Below, in pieces: positions 28,551-37,902 of a stretch of DNA of 44,177 bases. Below the pieces are notes generated by a model. That model worked only from the letters and a program-made list of their open reading frames with translations. It was not told where the DNA came from and made no database searches. The DNA is from an uncultured Prevotella sp. (lineage in GTDB: Bacteria; Bacteroidota; Bacteroidia; Bacteroidales; Bacteroidaceae), in assembly GCA_900314365.1 (NCBI GenBank), contig OMVH01000193.1:1-44177 (forward strand), given 5' to 3'. The position numbers were made by a program, and so were the translations under genes. The first letter of the stretch is position 1; each line of letters starts with the position of its first letter.

Positions 28551-28640
28551 CCTCAACCAATTGGTAAAACATATGTTAGCTAATTGGACAACAACTGTTA
28601 GACAAATGGACAACAACTGTTAGACAAATGGCTAACTGTA
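28551..28640. repeat. 22-bp tandem repeat array (second sequence family)
   Basis: Units TGTTAGCTAATTGGACAACAAC (28574-95), TGTTAGACAAATGGACAACAAC (28596-617) and TGTTAGACAAATGGCTAACTGT (28618-39), plus a degenerate unit from 28551. Confidence 0.88.
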
Positions 28641-28846
28641 GTTTAACGTTTTTGGTTGACCACTTTAAGCCTTATTTTTAATGAGGGTTGACCCGGTTGA
28701 ACTTTATTTTTATAATTGGTTGATATCTACACTATTGTGCTCATAAACCGTGTTGACATGTCGATTGAACTGAGCCACGTATTTCATGATTCGTGGGAAA
28801 AAGCCTGTCAACAGTGACTGTACCGGATACGACCTCCTCATCCGAC

Positions 28847-29299
28847 TCAGAAGATGATACTGACGCCTCCTACCAGAACAACGTAGCGTAACAGTTTGCC
28901 CATGGTGATACTGGTCAACGTAATAAGGATATTGGCTCGCATAAGTCCGAGCGCTATCGTGATGCCACTGCCTATAATGGGCAGGAAGGCAAAGAAGCCC
29001 ATCCATGCTCCCCGGCCTCCCATGAATCGCTCTGCCTTTTCGAGGGATTCTCTTTTAACGTGCAAATACCTCTCCATCCATTCCAGCTTTCCCATACGTC
29101 CTATGACATAATTGAACATTGAGCCCAGCACGTTGCCGATGGTTCCATAGACAACCAACGGCACAGGATGAAGTCCGGCAGCAAGAAGACCAAGCATGAC
29201 GGCCTCACTGCTGAAGGGGAAAAAACTTCCCGCAAGGAAAGCAGCCAAAAGCATCCCCCAGTATCCATAGTTCATGAGGAAGTCGGTCAGGGCTGCCAT
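28847..29299 (-). CDS. YqaA/DedA (VTT-domain) membrane protein
   Basis: Motifs AFLAGSFFPFSSE, GNVLGSMFNY.IGR, FLPIIG and GKLLRY. Confidence 0.92.
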   Translation of the reverse strand: MAALTDFLMNYGYWGMLLAAFLAGSFFPFSSEAVMLGLLAAGLHPVPLVVYGTIGNVLGSMFNYVIGRMGKLEWMERYLHVKRESLEKAERFMGGRGAWMGFFAFLPIIGSGITIALGLMRANILITLTSITMGKLLRYVVLVGGVSIIF

Positions 29300-30213
29300 A
29301 GAAGATTACAGAATAACAAGACCAGACCGCAGACGGAGAAAAGGGCAAACATGATGTTTGACAACCGGCTACGGGTAAACGTGATGGTGTGAGCCACGAG
29401 GGGCGACATGTTGACGATGAGCAAGGCCGTGAGTATGCTGTAACTGTGTGGCTGCACTATGAGGAGAACCACAATGATGAGGCTCATTGTGATGAAAATC
29501 TCAAAGAGCATCCGCGTACGAATCTTATCGTTGTAGCTGAACCGCAGAAAATGAACAGTTCCTATAAGGGTGAGCACAACGAAAAAAACAAGCGTGATGA
29601 GGGTCAGCTCCGACATTGCGCTGAGGTCGGCAACGGGACTGAAGGCTATGAGCTGAGTCAAATGACTGACCATACGGGGCATAGCTCCACTATAGACATC
29701 GTATCCTATGACGAACCAATAGGGCACGAACAGACCTAACAGCGAAGCAAGGAAATTGCGCATACTCATAGCCATAATGCAGGTGCCTAACAGTATCCAC
29801 AATACGGGCACGAACCACAGCACGCCTACCTCAAGCAAACTGGCCATGCTGAGCATGCAGAAAGCGAAGAAGACATAGCCCTGTGCCCGTTTATTCTGAT
29901 AGGCTTTAAAGAGAAAAAGCCAGCAGAGTATAGCACACAACTGCACTACGCCTACAACATAGTCGTGGAATACTGGCGCCATAATGAGGTCGAACACCAC
30001 GAAAGAACACGACACCATGCGACTGTAAGTGCGCATGAGCGCATTCTGGTTGTTGAGTTCGGCCATGAGATAGGTACCCGCCAGGAGGAAGACCAACAAG
30101 AGCCAATGCATCTCCTCCCGTAGTCCCGTGAGCATCCACAGGGCTACAGCGGCAACGATAGTAACAGGCAGGGAGAATCGACTCTCCGCAATTTTGTTTT
30201 GTAGATACTTCAT
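29287..30213 (-). CDS. Conserved multi-pass membrane protein of unknown function
   Basis: Long hydrophobic ORF between purD and yqaA. Start trimmed to MKYLQNKIAES. Confidence 0.85.
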   Translation of the reverse strand: MKYLQNKIAESRFSLPVTIVAAVALWMLTGLREEMHWLLLVFLLAGTYLMAELNNQNALMRTYSRMVSCSFVVFDLIMAPVFHDYVVGVVQLCAILCWLFLFKAYQNKRAQGYVFFAFCMLSMASLLEVGVLWFVPVLWILLGTCIMAMSMRNFLASLLGLFVPYWFVIGYDVYSGAMPRMVSHLTQLIAFSPVADLSAMSELTLITLVFFVVLTLIGTVHFLRFSYNDKIRTRMLFEIFITMSLIIVVLLIVQPHSYSILTALLIVNMSPLVAHTITFTRSRLSNIMFALFSVCGLVLLFCNLLWQP

Positions 30214-30226
30214 CTTCTTTATTCCA

Positions 30227-30262
30227 CCTGCCCACCAGCAAATCACTTGTTTGGTGGGCAGG
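30227..30262 (-). terminator. Hairpin after purD
   Basis: CCTGCCCACCA...TGGTGGGCAGG, 11-bp perfect stem. The minus-strand loop contains GTGA; there is no clear U-tract. Confidence 0.55.
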
Positions 30263-30273
30263 CATGGGAAAGG

Positions 30274-31542
30274 TCAAAGATCCAGACCGATGTCCCTACG
30301 GAAGTACTTATCCTTGAATTCAATCTTCTGAGCCTCCTGGAAACTTTTCTCCAGTGCGGCCTCTTTGTCTTTGCCATAGGAGGAAACAGCTATCACCCTG
30401 CCGCCGTTGGTCACCACCTGTCCGTCCTTAAGAGCCGTACCGGAATGGAATACTATGCTTCCTTCAACCTTGTCGAGCCCTGTGATGGGATAGCCCTTGA
30501 CGTATTTGCCGGGATAGCCGCCGCTGACAAGCATCACACATACTGCACTGCGACTGTCGAACTCCACCTCACGACGGTCGAGGTCGCCCTGAGCCACTCC
30601 TTCAAAGAGGTCGACGAGGTCGCTCTTCAGACGGAGCATCACGGTCTCTGTCTCAGGGTCACCCATGCGGCAATTGTACTCAATAACCATCGGGTCACCA
30701 TCGACATTGATGAGTCCGAAGAAGATGAATCCTTTGTAGCTGATTCCCTCAGCCTTCAGCCCTTCCACAGTGGGGCGGATGATGCGATCCTCCACCTTCT
30801 GCATCCATTCTTTGTCAGCAAACGGGACCGGGCTCACGGACCCCATGCCTCCGGTGTTGAGACCTGTGTCGTGCTCGCCGATGCGCTTGTAGTCCTTAGC
30901 CTCGGGCAGAATCTTGTAGTGATTGCCATCGGTCAACACGAATACAGAGCACTCAATACCCTTGAGGAACTGCTCGATGACCACCTTGGCGGAAGCATTG
31001 CCGAACATGCCGTCAAGCATCTCGCGCAGCTTCTCCTCGGCTTCCTCGAGTGTAGGCACAATGAGTACCCCCTTGCCTGCTGCCAGTCCGTCGGCTTTCA
31101 GCACGTAGGGTGGCTGTAAGGTTTTGAGGAATGCTATGCCCTCGTTGAGAGTCGTGCCGTCGAAAGTCTCATAGGCTGCGGTAGGAATGTGATGGCGCTT
31201 CATGAATCCCTTGGCGAAATCCTTGCTCCCTTCAAGCTGTGCTCCTGCTTTGGAAGGGCCTATCACAGCAATGGCGCGGGTACGTTCATCGTTTTTGAAA
31301 GCATCGGCAATGCCACTGACGAGCGGGTCCTCAGGCCCTACAACCAGCATGTCGATGGCATGGCTGACTGCAAAGGCCTTGATAGCCTCAAAGTCGTTAA
31401 CCTTCAAGTCCACGTTCTCGCCACAGTCCTTTGTACCGGCATTTCCCGGGGCGATAAAGAGCTTGCCACACTGCTTGCTCTGAGCAATCTTCCATGCGAG
31501 GGCATGCTCGCGCCCGCCGCTTCCTAAAAGTAAGATATTCAT
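30274..31542 (-). CDS. purD: Phosphoribosylamine--glycine ligase
   Basis: Motifs [38 protein letters not shown] and [10 protein letters not shown]. Confidence 0.98.
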   Translation of the reverse strand: MNILLLGSGGREHALAWKIAQSKQCGKLFIAPGNAGTKDCGENVDLKVNDFEAIKAFAVSHAIDMLVVGPEDPLVSGIADAFKNDERTRAIAVIGPSKAGAQLEGSKDFAKGFMKRHHIPTAAYETFDGTTLNEGIAFLKTLQPPYVLKADGLAAGKGVLIVPTLEEAEEKLREMLDGMFGNASAKVVIEQFLKGIECSVFVLTDGNHYKILPEAKDYKRIGEHDTGLNTGGMGSVSPVPFADKEWMQKVEDRIIRPTVEGLKAEGISYKGFIFFGLINVDGDPMVIEYNCRMGDPETETVMLRLKSDLVDLFEGVAQGDLDRREVEFDSRSAVCVMLVSGGYPGKYVKGYPITGLDKVEGSIVFHSGTALKDGQVVTNGGRVIAVSSYGKDKEAALEKSFQEAQKIEFKDKYFRRDIGLDL

Positions 31543-31585
31543 TTCTGTCTGACCTCCTTAAATATGATGCGTTAACGGATAATTC

Positions 31586-33769
31586 TTATTTCTTCAAAGG
31601 CTTGAGATAATCCTCGAAATACTGTGTGATGCGCTCATGCAGATGCACACTCTGGTGGCCTCGCATGTTGTGGGGTTCACCGGGATAGACAAAGAAGTCG
31701 GGCTGTGTCCCCACTTTTATACATTCGGCAAGGAAGCTCAGAGCATGCTGAGGCACCACCGTCTTGTCATTGTATCCGATGATAATCTGCAACTTTCCCT
31801 TGAGGTTCTTAGCCTGGTTGATAAGCGAGGTCTTGGCGTAGCCCTCCGGATTAGCCTGCGGCGTATCCATATATCGCTCGCCGTACATCACTTCGTACCA
31901 CTTCCAGTCGATGACTGGTCCGCCGGCCACACCCACCTTGAACACATCAGGATAGTGGGTCATCAGCGAGATGGTCATAAAACCTCCGAAACTCCATCCG
32001 TGTACACCGATGCGGTCCTGGTCTACATAGGGCAGCGACTTGAGGTATTCCACGCCTTTCATCTGATCCTGCATCTCCACTTGCCCAAGCTGACGGAAGG
32101 TGGCCTGCTCGAAGGCTTTGCCACGGTGCTCGCTGCCCCGGTTGTCGATGATGAACAGCAGATAGCCCTTCTGAGCCATATAAGTCTCCCATGAGCGCGA
32201 GCAGTAGTGCCAGCGTGCATCAACGTTGTGGGCGTGGGGGCCACCATAGACATAGACTACAGTGGGATATTTCTTCGAAGGATCAAAACCTACGGGCTTC
32301 ACCATGCGCCAGTAGAGATCGGTAGAGCCGTCGGCTGCTTTAAGTTTGCCACAACTGTACTCAGGCACATTGTAGCCTTTCCACGGGTCGGGAGCCGTGA
32401 AATAGGATGTACGTGCCGCCTTAGCCACATTGGTTATCTCAATACGACGCGGCACCGTCGGCTCACTGTAGTTGTCCACCAGGAATGCTCCATCGGCAGA
32501 AAGACTGCCATAGTGCCAGCCTCGGCCGTTGTCAAGTAGTCTGCGCTTCCCCGTGTCGACACTGACGGCATAGAGGTTTGCCTGGATGGGACTGACCTCA
32601 TTGGAGAGATAGACTATCTCATGGGTCTTGGCATTAAAGCCCAGCATATCCATCACTACCCACGGACCCGTGGTGACTTGACGGAGTTGCTCGCCTTTAT
32701 TATTAAATAGGTAGAAGTGGTTGTAACCGTCCTTCTGGCTCTGCATGATGAACTTAGTAGCATCCCAGGGCAGAAATACGATGGGATTCAGGGGCTCCAC
32801 ATACTTGGCGTCGGTCTCACGGTAGAGTTCAGCCTTACGCTCACCTGTGGCAGCGTCATAGCTCACAAGACGACAGTCGTTCTGGTCGCGGTTGAGCTCA
32901 AACATGTAGATGGTGCTTCCGTCGGGACTCCAGGCAATATTGGTGAAGTAGCGGTCAGTAGGGTCACCGGCCTTGAGATAGACGGTGGCATGCGTGGACA
33001 AGTCGTAGACACCCACCGTCACCTTATGGCTTGTCTCTCCTGCCATAGGGTACTTGTCGGGCACCTCCTCAGCCTCACGCTTGAAGATGTCGACCTGAGG
33101 ATAGTCCTTGACCATGCTCTGGTCCATACGGTAAAAGGCAAGTTTGTCACCACGCGGCGACCAGAAAGTACCCTTGCTGATGCCGAACTCATCGCGGTGC
33201 ACGCTCTGGCCATAGACAATAGAGCGTGAGCCGTCTCGGGTAAGCTGTGTGAGCTGTCCGTCGGAGTCACGCACATAGAGCTGGTCAGCACGCACAAAAG
33301 CCACAGCCTTTGAAGCCGGGCACCAGTCGCTGGCCTTGTCCTCACCTTCGTGGACTCCGGTCCACTCCACCTTGCCTGTCTTGAAGTTGACAAGCCTGCG
33401 CCGCCCGTGCTGGTCGATGAGCACAAGAGGCTTTCCGGGATAAGGGAAAGTGATGCTGAAGAGGCTCGTAGCCTTGGCCTCGCCTGCCCCAACATTGCGG
33501 TTCACCTCGTCGAGTGTGAAGAGCTGTTTCTCCCGCCCCGTCGCCTTATCGACCAGGAAGCACTCATCGGTGTCGAGCCTGATGAGTTCGTTGCCCCACC
33601 ACGTGGTGTAGCGGTTCTGAGGCACCATATTGTGATAGTTGGTGCCTCCAAAGTTAAGGTCCTCGAGCGTGAACTGCTTGAGCTGCTGATTCTGAGCCTT
33701 CATGTCAACCGTATGAAAAGAGAGCAGTGCGATGGCTGCCACCGCTGCAAGCGCCTTAGTCATCCTCAT
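31586..33769 (-). CDS. ptpA: S9B peptidase, prolyl tripeptidyl peptidase-like
   Basis: DPP-IV propeller (VHRDEFGI.KGTFWSP), YVYGGP, nucleophile VHGWSFGG and GGPVIDW..YE.MYGERY, resembling P. gingivalis PtpA from memory. The signal peptide starts at MRMTKAL; the upstream in-frame extension overlaps rlmL. Confidence 0.88.
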   Translation of the reverse strand: MRMTKALAAVAAIALLSFHTVDMKAQNQQLKQFTLEDLNFGGTNYHNMVPQNRYTTWWGNELIRLDTDECFLVDKATGREKQLFTLDEVNRNVGAGEAKATSLFSITFPYPGKPLVLIDQHGRRRLVNFKTGKVEWTGVHEGEDKASDWCPASKAVAFVRADQLYVRDSDGQLTQLTRDGSRSIVYGQSVHRDEFGISKGTFWSPRGDKLAFYRMDQSMVKDYPQVDIFKREAEEVPDKYPMAGETSHKVTVGVYDLSTHATVYLKAGDPTDRYFTNIAWSPDGSTIYMFELNRDQNDCRLVSYDAATGERKAELYRETDAKYVEPLNPIVFLPWDATKFIMQSQKDGYNHFYLFNNKGEQLRQVTTGPWVVMDMLGFNAKTHEIVYLSNEVSPIQANLYAVSVDTGKRRLLDNGRGWHYGSLSADGAFLVDNYSEPTVPRRIEITNVAKAARTSYFTAPDPWKGYNVPEYSCGKLKAADGSTDLYWRMVKPVGFDPSKKYPTVVYVYGGPHAHNVDARWHYCSRSWETYMAQKGYLLFIIDNRGSEHRGKAFEQATFRQLGQVEMQDQMKGVEYLKSLPYVDQDRIGVHGWSFGGFMTISLMTHYPDVFKVGVAGGPVIDWKWYEVMYGERYMDTPQANPEGYAKTSLINQAKNLKGKLQIIIGYNDKTVVPQHALSFLAECIKVGTQPDFFVYPGEPHNMRGHQSVHLHERITQYFEDYLKPLKK

Positions 33770-35204
33770 GATTCCTCCATCCTTTATTTCTGTTGTCACG
33801 ACCTCCCTTGAAAGGCTTGCGGTCGGACTTCCGCCCTCTTGGGGCTCTGTCGTCGTCAGCGCGGCCGAAGCCCTTGCGGGAGTTCCCGCGGTAGTCCCTG
33901 CGCATATCGTTGTTGAAGGAGTGGAATTTGAACGAGCGGATGTCGCCCTCCTCGTTCTGCTCTTCTTCTTCGAGTCGTTTTTTGAACTCTCTTTCCTTCT
34001 TGAACCGATGCTTCTGTCCCATCTCCTCGCGCTCCCGGTCGGTCTTGACGACACCGCCTTTGGAACGGAAATCATTGAGTTTTCCGTCGAAGATGACATA
34101 TTTCCGGAACTCGCACTCCAGACTTCCGTTGTAGAGGGGAATCTTTATAGAGGGCTTGAGTCCTATCTGCTCGAAGCACTCCTCACGGTAGGACAGAACC
34201 CAGGCGTCGTTGCCTGCAAAGGCATTCTTCAGTCGCTCGCCTATCATGCGATAGGTGCCGAGTAGGTCGGGCGTAGAGATGCGCTCCCCGTAGGGCGGAT
34301 TCATCACGATGACACTCTTCTGGGCAGGCTTCTTGAAGTCTTTGAAATCTTGCTGTTCCACAGTGATATATTGTGAGAGCCCGGCCGCCTTGATGTTCAG
34401 GCGGGCCGTATTGACAGCCTTCATGTCGACGTCGTAGCCGTAGATATGATGTTCGAAGGGACGCTCGGCGCTGTCGTCATTATAGATTCTGTCAAAGAGC
34501 TCCTGGTCGAAGTCAGGCCATTTCTCGAAGGCAAACTCCTTACGGAAAACGCCCGGACTCATGTTCAGGGCTATGAGCGCAGCCTCGATGAGGAGCGTCC
34601 CCGACCCGCACATGGGGTCTATGAAGTCGCAGGAGCCATCCCACTGTGTCATGCGTATCATTCCGGCCGCCAAGACTTCATTGAGCGGAGCTTCCACGTT
34701 CTCCTGCCTGTAGCCACGCCTGTGGAGCGACTCGCCGCTGGAGTCAAGACTGATGGTGGCGTCGTCGGCAGCGATGTGGATGTGGAGCCTGATGTCAGGA
34801 TTGCTCACCGAGATGTTGGGGCGCGAGCCTGTCTTCTCACGGAACTGATCGACGATGGCATCCTTCACCTTATAGGTGACGAAGCGCGAATTACGGAAGT
34901 CGTCAGAGTAGACAACGGAGTCGACGGAGAAGGTCTTCCCCTCAAGGATGTACTGGCTCCAGTCGATGTCCTTGATGGCCTCGTAGACCTCGTCGGCCGA
35001 GGAGGCCTTGAAGTGTTTGATAGGCTTCAGGATACGGATGGCCGTGTGGAGTTGGAAGTTGGCGCGGTACATCATTTCCTTGTCGCCCCTGAAGGATACC
35101 ATTCGCCTGCCGGGCTTCACGTCGCTTGCTCCGAGTGCTGTGAGTTCTTGTGCCAGGACGGGCTCGAGCCCCATGAAAGTCTTGGCAATGAGTTCAGATT
35201 CCAT
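33756..35204 (-). CDS. rlmL: THUMP-domain class I SAM-dependent rRNA methyltransferase (RlmL-like)
   Basis: Motifs GLEPVLAQEL, SGESLHRRGYR, APLNE.LAA, DPMCGSGT and NPPYGER. Confidence 0.92.
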   Translation of the reverse strand: MESELIAKTFMGLEPVLAQELTALGASDVKPGRRMVSFRGDKEMMYRANFQLHTAIRILKPIKHFKASSADEVYEAIKDIDWSQYILEGKTFSVDSVVYSDDFRNSRFVTYKVKDAIVDQFREKTGSRPNISVSNPDIRLHIHIAADDATISLDSSGESLHRRGYRQENVEAPLNEVLAAGMIRMTQWDGSCDFIDPMCGSGTLLIEAALIALNMSPGVFRKEFAFEKWPDFDQELFDRIYNDDSAERPFEHHIYGYDVDMKAVNTARLNIKAAGLSQYITVEQQDFKDFKKPAQKSVIVMNPPYGERISTPDLLGTYRMIGERLKNAFAGNDAWVLSYREECFEQIGLKPSIKIPLYNGSLECEFRKYVIFDGKLNDFRSKGGVVKTDREREEMGQKHRFKKEREFKKRLEEEEQNEEGDIRSFKFHSFNNDMRRDYRGNSRKGFGRADDDRAPRGRKSDRKPFKGGRDNRNKGWRNHEDD

Positions 35205-35366
35205 AAGTTGTTTTTAATGCTCCGCCTTCCTTTTGGGGCGGCTTTGAAGCCTGGCTGCCGCCATGCAAGGGCCTTTTGCATCGGACCCTTTGGCGTTGCC
35301 ATGCCGTTGTTTTGATTATTGAGTTTTTTAATAATGTTAGCTGTTCTAATTACTTTTGGGGCCTGG

Positions 35367-36284
35367 TCACGACTGAAAGTAAGTCTTCGTTCCTGGCTCA
35401 AGGTCGTGGGTGACCCACACATTGGCCCCCACCACGCAGCCGCGCCCTATGTGGATGCGTCCAAGCACGGTGGCGTTGGCATAGACGACCACGTCGTCGC
35501 CGATAATGGGATGACGGGGAATGCCTTTGATGGGGTTGCCGTCGGCGTCAAGCGGAAAGCTTTTGGCACCGAGAGTGACTCCTTGATAAATCTTCACATT
35601 GTTGCCAATGACTGTGGTAGCGCCGATGACGACGCCTGTGCCGTGGTCAATAGTGAAATAACGGCCTATGGTTGCACCGGGATGTATATCGATGCCGGTC
35701 TCGGAATGAGCCATCTCAGAGAGCATACGCGGTATGAGCGGCACTCCGAGCAGCAGCAACTCGTGAGCCACCCGGTAGTTGGTAAGAGCCTTTATGGCTG
35801 GATAGCAGGCGATAACCTCGGCTTTGCTGTCTGCCGCGGGGTCACCGTTGTAGGCTGCCGTGACATCAGTGGCCAGGGTCTCGCGTATGGAGGGTAGCCG
35901 CGCAATGAGCTCTGTGGAGATTTCGAGGGCCTTGTCTTTAAGACAGTCTATCTCGCAATGAGGCAGGTCGCCGTCGCCGACAGGCTTGAAGGCCAGACCG
36001 GCCAGCACCTGTCCCGCCAGGCACCGCTGCAGACGCTCGGCGCTGACTCCTATCTGATATTTGATGGTGGACGGACTCACGGTGGACTTTCCGTAGAAGC
36101 CGGGGAAAAGGATGGAACGCGACAACTCCACCACCTCAGCAAGCGCGGTGTTGGAAGGCAGGGGAATACCGTCCTGCCTGCGGTGCCAAAGACCGCGCAG
36201 CGACTCGGGAGCAGAAAGCCGGTCTACTGACTGCGTAAGCATAGCAGACAGACTTTCGCGACGCTTCTTTTCGGATGATTCCAT
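35367..36284 (-). CDS. cysE: Serine O-acetyltransferase
   Basis: Motifs GDPAA, YP, TGIDIHPGA.IG..F.IDHGTGVVIG, YQGVTLGA and RHP. Start trimmed to MESSEK. Confidence 0.93.
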   Translation of the reverse strand: MESSEKKRRESLSAMLTQSVDRLSAPESLRGLWHRRQDGIPLPSNTALAEVVELSRSILFPGFYGKSTVSPSTIKYQIGVSAERLQRCLAGQVLAGLAFKPVGDGDLPHCEIDCLKDKALEISTELIARLPSIRETLATDVTAAYNGDPAADSKAEVIACYPAIKALTNYRVAHELLLLGVPLIPRMLSEMAHSETGIDIHPGATIGRYFTIDHGTGVVIGATTVIGNNVKIYQGVTLGAKSFPLDADGNPIKGIPRHPIIGDDVVVYANATVLGRIHIGRGCVVGANVWVTHDLEPGTKTYFQS

Positions 36285-36292
36285 ACTTGTTG

Positions 36293-36300
36293 CAAAGTTA
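36293..36300 (-). promoter_or_regulatory. -7 promoter element for cysE
   Basis: The minus strand reads TAACTTTG-CAACAAGT-ATG. Confidence 0.65.
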
Positions 36301-36408
36301 CAAAAAAGTTGGGTACGGCTGTCGGAATGTGGCATTTATTTTGTAATACAACCGAAAAAAAGCATTGCCTGCATGTTTTCTGACCGACACCGGTTGCCCA
36401 ACCGACGC

Positions 36409-36849
36409 TCAGGGAAGACGGTTGACGGTTCCACCGGGGCGCTTGAACTCTATCTCCTTAGGTATCTTCGTCCAGTGACCTCGGCGGGCTATCTTGAGGG
36501 TGGATCCCTTCTCCTGACGAAGCGTGAAAGTGGAATCAGAGGTACAGGTGAGGGTGGCCGTGAGGTCCTCGCTGCCATAGTCGTTGGTAATGGCAAGGGT
36601 GGCCTGGCGCCCCTTCACCTTGGCTGAGGTAAAGAGCCACTTGCGACCGTCCTGATTGTCACCAAAGAAACCGGGGAGCTCACCGAAGATGCTCTGTCCG
36701 GGCACTACGACACTGTTCTGATAAAAGTCCATGCGGATATACACGTTGTACTCCTTGTTGACGATGTAGCCGACGAAGGGCTGCGCTTTTTGCGCTGAAA
36801 CGACAGCCGGCAGCAGGGAGAGCAACAGTAACGCAACAATCTTTCTCAT
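36409..36849 (-). CDS. Hypothetical secreted protein (146 aa)
   Basis: Clear signal peptide (MRKIVALLLLSLLPAVVSA-Q) and a beta-rich mature part. TATCTTTG promoter element at 36883-36876. Confidence 0.85.
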   Translation of the reverse strand: MRKIVALLLLSLLPAVVSAQKAQPFVGYIVNKEYNVYIRMDFYQNSVVVPGQSIFGELPGFFGDNQDGRKWLFTSAKVKGRQATLAITNDYGSEDLTATLTCTSDSTFTLRQEKGSTLKIARRGHWTKIPKEIEFKRPGGTVNRLP

Positions 36850-37161
36850 GTAACCTTAGCTTTTGTTTGCAAGCGCAAAGATAATGCAATCCGTGCTCAT
36901 CGCCAAGTAATCGTGCAAGTTTTTTATTTGGCCTTCGCAAGTGTGCTCCACGTGCAGGTGGCTGAGCTCATATCCGCATCCTACGGAGGTGTGTAACCTG
37001 ATGGGGTATGGAAAAAGAAATATGAAAGCACATTGTTGAGGGGTAGAGGATAAAGGGTGAAAACACTTGATGGAGGCAACAGAGCGAGAGCACAGAGAAA
37101 GAATGCAGCCTGACTGTCTGCCGATTATTTCAGTCGCAAAAAACAGGGCTAAAATGAGGCT

Positions 37162-37571
37162 AAAGAAAACTTTTATTAGGGTAAAAGTACTTTACAATTT
37201 ACAATCAACGAAAAACTTCAAAATAGAGAAAATTGGAGCACATCAGGAGCCCGGTTTGGCTCTTTTTTTGTCGTTGTCGGACTTCGAGCGCCTTGTGATC
37301 GGACCTCGAGAGGCTCGTAATAGGACTTTGAGCGCCTCGTAATCGGACTTTTAAAGGCTAAAAATTGGGCTTTTTAAGGCCAAAAAGACCGATTTTGAAC
37401 TCCAAGAAAAAGACTGTAATGCATAAATGATTGAATCACAGATACTTGAAAACTTCGCGTATTTTGGCGTATTTGGAGACGAACTTAGAGTTGCTGAAAA
37501 ATAATGGCTGTTTTTAGGCCTTTTTTATGAGTTTATTCTTACAAAACAAGGCTTTTTCCACCTAATTTTTC
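37162..37571. repeat. Dispersed ~410-bp non-coding element, copy B (22-bp tandem array 37271-37402)
   Basis: Units TCGTTGTCGGACTTCGAGCGCC, TTGTGATCGGACCTCGAGAGGC, TCGTAATAGGACTTTGAGCGCC, TCGTAATCGGACTTTTAAAGGC, TAAAAATTGGGCTTTTTAAGGC and CAAAAAGACCGATTTTGAACTC. The flanks are homologous to copy A. Confidence 0.88.
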
Positions 37572-37881
37572 TTCGTTGAAACAGGCGAGAAAAAGAGCTC
37601 TCTGAAACCCCAAAAAGTAAAGACTCTCCACGAACACCAGCCGCAGAATCTGGAGGGGGCACATTTGATTCAGAACCTCAGTCGCAGTGCGGCTTCTGGG
37701 CTTAGCCTCGGACAAGTCTTGGCAGACAACTGCACACAGTCCACTGGAAAGATGGCATCAGGAAGGGAAGGAGCCCGACATTGTAAAACAATTTCGCAAA
37801 TGCCTTATTATTAGTGCAATCATTCGCATTTCAAGAACAACAAAAGGCAGATTAAAATAACTTAGTTTCATTTTATATTTG

Positions 37882-37889
37882 TAACTTTG
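37882..37889 (+). promoter_or_regulatory. -7 promoter element for the glycogen genes
   Basis: TAACTTTG(CC) 13 nt upstream of ATG 37903. Confidence 0.65.
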
Positions 37890-37902
37890 CCGTCGAAAAG
37901 AT

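Noticed and set aside
33770-34099. 110-aa N-terminal extension of the S9 peptidase ORF
   Set aside because: It overlaps the rlmL coding tail in another frame; the signal peptide begins at MRMTKAL (33769).
17893-37571. 19-kb genomic island or composite transposon bounded by the two direct element copies
   Set aside because: The interval carries core genes (purD, rlmL, cysE) and no integrase or transposase, and the copies are strongly diverged.
37700-37785. Possible cobalamin riboswitch (CAACTG...CCACTG...GGAAGG)
   Set aside because: The upstream GGGAA/GGTG-AA-TCC and terminal AGnCnGnAnACC elements are missing, and the downstream genes are glycogen genes with their own promoter. An Infernal scan would settle it.
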